This document shows, in pieces, positions 28,382 to 34,942 of a stretch of DNA of 34,942 nucleotides; position 1 is the stretch's first letter, and each line of letters opens with the position of its first letter. Below the pieces are notes generated by a model that searched no databases, had not been told where the DNA came from, and saw only the letters and a program-made list of their open reading frames with translations. Source of the stretch: Candidatus Pacearchaeota archaeon (GTDB lineage Archaea > Nanobdellota > Nanobdellia > Pacearchaeales > GW2011-AR1); the NCBI GenBank assembly GCA_018303825.1, contig JAGVXK010000011.1, positions 1-34,942 on the forward strand, written 5' to 3'. Position numbers and translations under genes: made by a program.

Positions 28382-28833
28382 ATAAAAAGAAGATAAAAAT
28401 CAATAAAAGGGCTTTATCAAGTATAGTCACAACTCTGCTTATCATAATCTTATCACTTGCAATTGTAGCCACATTATGGTTAATGATTAACTCATTTGCA
28501 AACAAGCCAAATCTTTCTCCAAAAGTATCCTGCATAGATTTGCAGTCAAAAAACGAGCTGAAAATAGAAAAATCCTGTTTTAACAAAGATACAAACGAAC
28601 TAGAAATCACAATTAAACGGACCTTTTCTGGAAACGAGATAGATAACGTTCAATTCTCTCTTGATTCAGAAGTCTGGCAATGCACTGATTCATGCGGAAA
28701 CTGCATAATTCCCTCGTCGGGAGAAGCAAAAACATATTTTTTTGATTCAAATAATGCAAATCCTGAAAACTCAAACATAAAAATCTATATTTCTTCTTGC
28801 CTCTTAGATGAAAAGCCAGTCGAGAGCTGCTAA
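28366..28833 (+). CDS. Archaeal type IV pilin-like protein (class III signal peptide)
   Basis: NKRA|LSSIVTTLLIIILSLAIVATLW followed by a Cys-containing globular domain. Confidence 0.8.
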   Translation: MQISINKKKIKINKRALSSIVTTLLIIILSLAIVATLWLMINSFANKPNLSPKVSCIDLQSKNELKIEKSCFNKDTNELEITIKRTFSGNEIDNVQFSLDSEVWQCTDSCGNCIIPSSGEAKTYFFDSNNANPENSNIKIYISSCLLDEKPVESC

Positions 28834-28844
28834 GAAAAAATAAA

Positions 28845-30881
28845 TTAACTAAATGTTATAGTATAATCTGCAAATCCGCATGTTACACCATAATATCCGT
28901 AAGGTTGTGCAATCCAGTAATCCATAGTTCCAGTATATTGCCCACAAGGATGATTCCCGCACTTTCCAAGTGAAATACTTGGATATCTATTTGCTCCATC
29001 CCATGGATTGCATGGAAGAGTTATTTCATATGCGAAATCTGTTCCATCTCTATTTGGACGATAATGATTTTGAGGTACATGCAAAACCCACTTACCATCA
29101 CCCTGGCAACTTAGCTCTACTTTATAAAAACGAGAAGTATCTCCATTAATATAAATTACATCAGTATTATAATAACGTCCGCCAATTATACCGTCAAGAG
29201 TACCTGAAAATGTATTGCTAGTAAATTCAGGATAATTATTACTTATATCAATTCTATTAAATGTAACTGTGTACATAACATCCTCTATATTATTGAAGTC
29301 TAACTCATTGCATCCCACAGGTTCACACACATCCCCCATACCGTCTCCATCAGCATCAGCCTGATCATTATTAACAATATCTGGGCAATTGTCACATAGG
29401 TCTCCATACCCATCACTATCCATATTTTCTTGCCCAGGATTATAGGTATCTTCATTGGGATTTCCTGGATTAGGGGGGCAATTATCTTTTATACATGTCG
29501 GGCTAAATAGAATTTTGTTTTCAACATTTCTGCAGAACAATTTTAGTCTCCAAAAATTAATCAGGCACCTTTTTTCTACTGGTGGAGATAATTGCGGACT
29601 CCCTGCAGGGCACTCATCGCAAACAGAATCCCCATCATCATCAACACAAAACTCTGCAGAAACATCTCTATCTTGATTCATTGTTACTTGATAAATGGGG
29701 GAAGTTGCTCCATTTCCCCACTGATTAAAAAGTTCAATGGGTGAAGCATGCAACGAAACTTCTGCTCCTGCAGGATATCTACTGCTACAAGTTTCTCCCC
29801 CTTCCTCGGTGCAATCTATAATATTATCTCCTGTTCCTGAATCGGTAACACTTCCAAATCCAGTTACCACAACATTTAACTTATAATCCACTTCACTATC
29901 ATCATCTTCATAAGGGGCAGTACAACCAGGGTCAGCATCATCTTTACTCCCATCAACATCATTATCTATTTTATCAACACATTGTTTAGGATTCGTCTCA
30001 TCATCATCATCTCTATTTTCGCAACTATGGTCATTAGGATAGTCTGTCAAACCATCTCCATCATTATCTATTTCATCATTACATTCTGTTTTTACAAATA
30101 TGGCCTGGACTGCCTTGAAATCATTTGTATTATCACTATCTGTGTCTGAAAGAGTGCAAGTCTGGTCAGTTCCAGAACAAGCTCCTCCCCACCTACCAAA
30201 TTTATATCCCCATCCCTCTGGAGGTGCAGAATCCCCGGTTACGATTGAAGCTGTCAAGGTTATGCTCTGTGATTTTTGAACCATTGAGTAACATGTATCT
30301 TTTCCTACTGAATTAAAAGATGGAGTTTTCAAACAACCACCGATGCCATTATCTTCATTTCCAACCAATCCACTTGATGTAAGAGGTCCAACTACCTGAC
30401 CTACTCCTTCTATTTCGGTAATCCTCACTGAAAAGAAATTAGGGGGCGCGCTTATACATTCTACAGATAATAACCCTTTTTCTTGAAGATTGCCTTGAAC
30501 ATCGCAACCTTGATCAATTTTGCAACATATAGTCTCAGGGGGATGGTAATTTGGGGATGTTGGTACTAAAATAGTCACACCATTACATTTTATTGGTTTG
30601 TCTGAATTTGGATTGCATTTACAATCTACCTCTGTAATTGCTCCACCTAAGGGAGGCATAGTAGTTATAGAACAAGTTGAGCCGTCCTTACAAAGCATAA
30701 CTGTCTTCCACGTTGCTACTATTCCGTTCGTCCCATAGCATTTCTGAACAGATTTTCCATTTGGGTGACATTTACCTACAATAGTATTCTGTTCATTCAA
30801 AAGGCATAAAAAAGCAGCAACACTTTGCAATAGGATAACAAGCAAAATAAAAGCCAAAACAACAATCACAACTCCCTTCAT
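28845..30881 (-). CDS. Secreted Cys/Asp-rich surface protein with Ca-binding DxDxDG and thrombospondin type 3 repeats
   Basis: Signal peptide; [43 protein letters not shown]; B-repeat-like [10 protein letters not shown]. Confidence 0.85.
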   Translation of the reverse strand: MKGVVIVVLAFILLVILLQSVAAFLCLLNEQNTIVGKCHPNGKSVQKCYGTNGIVATWKTVMLCKDGSTCSITTMPPLGGAITEVDCKCNPNSDKPIKCNGVTILVPTSPNYHPPETICCKIDQGCDVQGNLQEKGLLSVECISAPPNFFSVRITEIEGVGQVVGPLTSSGLVGNEDNGIGGCLKTPSFNSVGKDTCYSMVQKSQSITLTASIVTGDSAPPEGWGYKFGRWGGACSGTDQTCTLSDTDSDNTNDFKAVQAIFVKTECNDEIDNDGDGLTDYPNDHSCENRDDDDETNPKQCVDKIDNDVDGSKDDADPGCTAPYEDDDSEVDYKLNVVVTGFGSVTDSGTGDNIIDCTEEGGETCSSRYPAGAEVSLHASPIELFNQWGNGATSPIYQVTMNQDRDVSAEFCVDDDGDSVCDECPAGSPQLSPPVEKRCLINFWRLKLFCRNVENKILFSPTCIKDNCPPNPGNPNEDTYNPGQENMDSDGYGDLCDNCPDIVNNDQADADGDGMGDVCEPVGCNELDFNNIEDVMYTVTFNRIDISNNYPEFTSNTFSGTLDGIIGGRYYNTDVIYINGDTSRFYKVELSCQGDGKWVLHVPQNHYRPNRDGTDFAYEITLPCNPWDGANRYPSISLGKCGNHPCGQYTGTMDYWIAQPYGYYGVTCGFADYTITFS

Positions 30882-31032
30882 CTTATATACTTTGTTTTAA
30901 TATTAATAAATGTTTCCTACATGGCTTAAATTAAAAAGCGATAACAAAAATGAATTATCAAACACAAGCTCAAAATAAAAGCTTTAAATATGGCTATTGG
31001 GAATATAAAGATGAGGAATGATAAAAATAGCA

Positions 31033-32964
31033 ATGGTAAAGAGTAAATTTTATGTCACGACACCAATTTACTATCCGAATGATGTTCCGCATCTAGGACA
31101 TGCATACACAACAATAGCTGCAGATGTCTTAGCCAGATGGCATTCTCTTTTGGGCGAAGATGTATTCTTTCTCACAGGAACAGACGAACATGGAAAAAAA
31201 TTACAGCTGGCAGCTGAAAGAGCAGGTAAATCTCCGAAAGAATTCGTAGACTCAATGATTCCAGAATTTAAGAAGGCATGGGAAAAATTAAACATAAAAT
31301 ACTCCAGATTTATAAGAACAACAGACAAAGACCACGAATCAATTGTGCAAAAAATAGTCAAAAAAAGCTTTGAGTTCGGAGACATCTACAAGGGGAACTA
31401 TGAAGGTCTTTATTGCACAAGTTGCGAAGCTTATTATACTGAAAAAGATGCGCCAAAAAATCTCTGCCCGATACATAATAAGCCCCTTGATTTATTAAAA
31501 GAAGAATCTTATTTTTTTAGGTTAAGCAAGTATCAAAAGGCTCTCCTGAATCATTACAAAAAACATCCTGAATTCATTTCTCCTGAAAGCAAAAGGATGG
31601 AAGTAATAAACAGGGTAAAAGAGGGTTTGCAAGACTTATCTGTTTCAAGGTCTAGCTTTTCCTGGGGAATCCCCCTTCCTTTTGATAAAAAACATGTTCT
31701 TTATGTCTGGCAAGACGCTTTGTTTAACTATTACACTGCAACAAGAGAAAAAGGAAGAGAAAAATTCTGGCCCGCAGATGTCCACATCATTGGGAAGGAT
31801 ATTTTATGGTTTCATACAGTTTATTGGCCAGCATTTCTCCTTTCTGCAGGAATAGAATTGCCAAAAAAAGTATTTGCTCATGGTTGGTGGACTGTTTTAA
31901 GTCAAAAAATGGGCAAATCAGCAGGAAATGCAATAAAAATAGACCAATTAATATCAAAAGGTGTTGATACTGCAAGATATTTCTTATTAAGAGAAGCGCC
32001 ATTCGGGCAAGATGGAGACTTCTCCGAACAATCTCTCGCAGAGAGGCATAACAATGAACTGGCAAACAAGCTCGGGAATCTTGTAAGCAGAGTTTCCGTC
32101 TTAGCAGAAACCTATGGTTTAAAAAAATCAACAATCAAGTTTCTTAAATCAGAAAAAACTAAAAGGGCAGTACATGAGTACCTTGAAAACCTGGAATTTG
32201 ACAAAGCTCTCAACGAGATTTTCTCATTTATAGATGAATGCAATACCTTTATCCAAGACAAAAAGCCCTGGGAAAAAGAAACAAAGGACAGAGAAAAAAT
32301 CCTCTACGAACTGGCAAGTGCCATAAAGGACTTTACTATCCTCCTTTCCCCATTCATCCCAGAAACGTGCGAAAAGATAGCAAACATTTTCAATTTTGAT
32401 ATTTCTATAAAATCCTTAAACGCTCCCTTAAAAATTTCAAAGATAAAGAAATCCTCTATTCTCTTTGCCAAGATAGATGTTAAAGATAACAATAGTCCAG
32501 TAAATAAAAAGAAAGAGCAAAACAAATTATCTAATATCAATAATAAAGCCGATTTAATAGATAGCAAACCTTCTAAGACTATTGATAATAACAAAGAAAA
32601 AGTTAATAAATCCCAAAAGATAGAAGGAATTATGTCAACAATAGAATTCAAAGACTGGGAAAAACTTGATTTAAGAGTTGGAAAGATAGAAAAGGTAGAA
32701 AATATAGAAGGTGCGGATAAGTTATACAAATTAACTGTTAACCTTGGGAATGAAAAAAGGACACTTGTTGCGGGAATAAAGCAACATTACTTAGAAAAAG
32801 AATTGAAAGAAAAAAAGGTAATTGTTTTCACCAACCTCGCTCCAAGAATGATGAAGGGCATTGAATCCCAAGGAATGCTTCTGGCAGCAGTCAGCGACGA
32901 CGAATCCAAAGTAATTCTTATAAGTCCAGAAAAAGACATCAAAGAAGGCAGTAAAGTCAGATAA
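31033..32964 (+). CDS. metG: Methionyl-tRNA synthetase with C-terminal tRNA-binding (EMAP/Trbp111) domain
   Basis: HLGH (HIGH), KMGKS (KMSKS), LSVSR, YVWQDAL; C-terminal LDLRVGKIEKVE...SQGMLLA. Confidence 0.97.
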   Translation: MVKSKFYVTTPIYYPNDVPHLGHAYTTIAADVLARWHSLLGEDVFFLTGTDEHGKKLQLAAERAGKSPKEFVDSMIPEFKKAWEKLNIKYSRFIRTTDKDHESIVQKIVKKSFEFGDIYKGNYEGLYCTSCEAYYTEKDAPKNLCPIHNKPLDLLKEESYFFRLSKYQKALLNHYKKHPEFISPESKRMEVINRVKEGLQDLSVSRSSFSWGIPLPFDKKHVLYVWQDALFNYYTATREKGREKFWPADVHIIGKDILWFHTVYWPAFLLSAGIELPKKVFAHGWWTVLSQKMGKSAGNAIKIDQLISKGVDTARYFLLREAPFGQDGDFSEQSLAERHNNELANKLGNLVSRVSVLAETYGLKKSTIKFLKSEKTKRAVHEYLENLEFDKALNEIFSFIDECNTFIQDKKPWEKETKDREKILYELASAIKDFTILLSPFIPETCEKIANIFNFDISIKSLNAPLKISKIKKSSILFAKIDVKDNNSPVNKKKEQNKLSNINNKADLIDSKPSKTIDNNKEKVNKSQKIEGIMSTIEFKDWEKLDLRVGKIEKVENIEGADKLYKLTVNLGNEKRTLVAGIKQHYLEKELKEKKVIVFTNLAPRMMKGIESQGMLLAAVSDDESKVILISPEKDIKEGSKVR

Positions 32965-32968
32965 AAAA

Positions 32969-33277
32969 TTAATCCAAATCTAATTCTCTTATTCTATCAA
33001 TCTCCCTCAATCTCCCAATTATATCTTTTCTTACATAGGAAGGAGATAAGTTTTGTTTATACCCGACCTTTGAAAAACATAAAGTCAATCCAACGTCAGC
33101 ACAAATCAATTTCCCCAAAGTAGTTCTATTTTCCTTTGCCTGCCTAACTAAGTCGGGCCAAGTGTAATCTTCCCGAGAATCAGAATAAACTACCTCATCA
33201 GTAGTGCCTTCAAGTGATTTATTGAGAACATCAACAATATCTATTCTGTTAACTTCATCCCTATCAATAACCATCAT
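32969..33277 (-). CDS. Hypothetical protein
   Basis: 102-aa ORF with AAAGCTTAAATA promoter-like sequence upstream. Confidence 0.6.
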   Translation of the reverse strand: MMVIDRDEVNRIDIVDVLNKSLEGTTDEVVYSDSREDYTWPDLVRQAKENRTTLGKLICADVGLTLCFSKVGYKQNLSPSYVRKDIIGRLREIDRIRELDLD

Positions 33278-33310
33278 GACTCAATTAACAATAAAAAGCT
33301 TAAATACTTT

Positions 33311-33463
33311 TCACTTAACAGCTATCTTCCTCCTCCTCTTCATATCCCAATATGGGCTCTTGCATTTAGGACAGACAATAGGAACATGTTCAACATTAGC
33401 CCTGGAAATCCATTTATGACTGCATCTCTCGCATTCATAACCCTGAATCTGTATTACTGCCAT
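33311..33463 (-). CDS. Small zinc-ribbon protein, 50 aa (not in the ORF track)
   Basis: MAVIQIQGYECERCSHKWISRANVEHVPIVCPKCKSPYWDMKRRKIAVK: CxxC...CxxC. Confidence 0.8.
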   Translation of the reverse strand: MAVIQIQGYECERCSHKWISRANVEHVPIVCPKCKSPYWDMKRRRKIAVK

Positions 33464-33473
33464 CTTTTTTTCA

Positions 33474-33547
33474 CCATTATCCTTTCACTCCTGTGAACCT
33501 TAGCTTCTCCGAGGTCTTTCTAAGAGCTCCCATTATCCTTTCACTCC
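33474..33547 (-). repeat. 38-bp insert between 18-bp direct repeats (period 56); encodes an 18-aa ORF
   Basis: CCATTATCCTTTCACTCC at 33474-33491 and 33530-33547; ORF 33533-33477 MGALRKTSEKLRFTGVKG. Confidence 0.9.
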
Positions 33548-34942
33548 CATTGATTTAGTCTTAAATGAATCAAACAAACTGACATTCTTCAGAGCTTTTT
33601 TCGCCTCTTCCTCTGCAATGGCAGAATCTACCTCCCCTATTCTCTTGTTATAAGACTGCATTTTCAGCTCATACACTTTAGTTTCCATTATCCCTTTTTT
33701 CAAATAATCAATCTGCAGTTGCTTCATTAATTCCACTAATCTTGCTCTTTCCATTACCAGTCTTTTCCCTTTCTGGATCAATGTTAATGCATATCTTTCC
33801 TCGTTTTCAAAATCAATCAATGACTCAACAACCTCTGCCAGTCTTTTCTCATAATGCTCTATTGTCTGATTGTATTCGTCCATTTCCATTCTTTTTCTGA
33901 TGAATGTTTCTTCCTGAGCTAATCTCATCAGCTGATTTATGATGATTTCCTCCTCCCTAAGCCTTCTTATTCTTGATCTAAGATATTCCAATCTTCCTAC
34001 CTTATAACTGGCAAATCCAAATATTACCAGGAACAAAACAGCAAGAGATATCTCCTTAGGATTATTCTTTAAGTAATATGAAAGTTTCCCAATTTCTCCC
34101 TTTACTTCTAGGGCATATGTAACCTGTGCTTCTTTTGTCCTTGCATATGCCTCTGCATAATCTGCCCTGCTCAAACTAAGTTCTGCCAATTTCACAAGTC
34201 TTGTGCTTCCATCAGTGTTAATGCCTTTTTCTCTTGCATTCTCCAATAAATCCTTCAACTCTTTTATTATCTTATCGGCATCAAGAGCATTTCCAACCTG
34301 CGCCCCAATTATCTTGTCATTATCAACAATTATCTCATATTTCTTATCAGCTAATGCTTTTTCTGAATCTGCTAGCAAGCCATTAAGATAATTGCTTGTT
34401 AGATTAACAGCATTTAACTGCAAGATTAAATCTTTCATTTTCTCAACAAGCTTATTAGCGTCATCTTCGCTTATTTCAACTACCTGCAATACTATCTTTT
34501 TGTTTTCGTTTACAATCAACTTGATAGTTGCCTCTTCTCCGGAACCAAGGCTCGCCAAGTTAGAGGGCTGAACTTCCATATACTTTGCAATATTCCCGCT
34601 TATGCTGAATTTCAATCCAGTCAAAGTCTGATTTGGATCCCTGTTCTTGAATGGGATTGCTATTTCAGATGTTTTTCCCCTTATGAAAGTATAATCTATC
34701 TTGCTTTCTATTGAACCTCCGCTGCTGCCTCCTCCACCTCCTCCACCGCCAGTTGTAGTTGTAGTTGTAGTTGTTGTTTGAGGATTGTCTGGGTCAAGCG
34801 TGCCGCAAGCTGTTACTTGCACACTATCAGTAACATTGTAGCATTGCAATGAAACATTTGCAACATCGCTGAGAACATATCCGGAACTATGATTAATCAA
34901 TGATAAAGTTCCAGTTGAATTTTCATAACCTTTCGCATAAAT
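33533..34942 (-). CDS. 5'-truncated large membrane-anchored surface protein with Thr/Gly linker, Ig-like segment, TM helix and coiled-coil tail
   Basis: Frame is open to the window edge; poly-Thr/poly-Gly linker; TM ISLAVLFLVIFGFASY. Confidence 0.8.
   Translation of the reverse strand: MYAKGYENSTGTLSLINHSSGYVLSDVANVSLQCYNVTDSVQVTACGTLDPDNPQTTTTTTTTTGGGGGGGGSSGGSIESKIDYTFIRGKTSEIAIPFKNRDPNQTLTGLKFSISGNIAKYMEVQPSNLASLGSGEEATIKLIVNENKKIVLQVVEISEDDANKLVEKMKDLILQLNAVNLTSNYLNGLLADSEKALADKKYEIIVDNDKIIGAQVGNALDADKIIKELKDLLENAREKGINTDGSTRLVKLAELSLSRADYAEAYARTKEAQVTYALEVKGEIGKLSYYLKNNPKEISLAVLFLVIFGFASYKVGRLEYLRSRIRRLREEEIIINQLMRLAQEETFIRKRMEMDEYNQTIEHYEKRLAEVVESLIDFENEERYALTLIQKGKRLVMERARLVELMKQLQIDYLKKGIMETKVYELKMQSYNKRIGEVDSAIAEEEAKKALKNVSLFDSFKTKSMGVKG

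Noticed and set aside
1714-34391. Numerous antisense or alternate-frame ORFs in the track (e.g. 8477-8836, 9768-10229, 12062-12628, 25676-26176)
   Set aside because: They lie opposite or within well-supported genes and show the Phe/Ser/Leu/Ile bias of shadow ORFs from A-rich coding strands.
34730-34778. GTT/GTA and CCT/CCA microsatellite-like runs
   Set aside because: They encode the poly-Thr and poly-Gly linker of the surface protein.

Overview
Low-GC archaeal chromosome segment. Archaeal origin is shown by L15e, TFS, Cdc48/VAT, Sec11, a BHB tRNA intron and BRE/TATA promoters. A DPANN (Pacearchaeota/Woesearchaeota-like) source is inferred from gene style, not proven. Housekeeping genes: KaiC-like ATPase, RsmB/NOP2 methyltransferase with a Nip7/PUA partner, MetAP, Cdc48, Sec11, TFS, TopA, L15e, MetRS. 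Also present are tRNA-Gly(CCC), tRNA-Ile(GAT), tRNA-Lys(CTT) with a 75-nt intron, several large secreted surface proteins, an M64-like peptidase next to a pilin, and an MNT-HEPN pair. The most unusual signals are: (1) a family of ~56-61 bp units at gene starts or junctions (map, AbrB-cdc48, 33.5 kb, plus a solo copy upstream of rpl15e) that duplicate the flanking start/stop sequence, create short ORFs and share a core motif; (2) an unannotated DUF2080 gene one base out of frame with a start-less two-motif LAGLIDADG nuclease whose last codons contain the tRNA-Ile promoter; (3) a correctly phased A_AAA_AAG -1 slippery site joining two ORFs; (4) a HEPN toxin whose ATG appears to have become ATA. 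All family calls come from motif recognition by eye; no searches were run.
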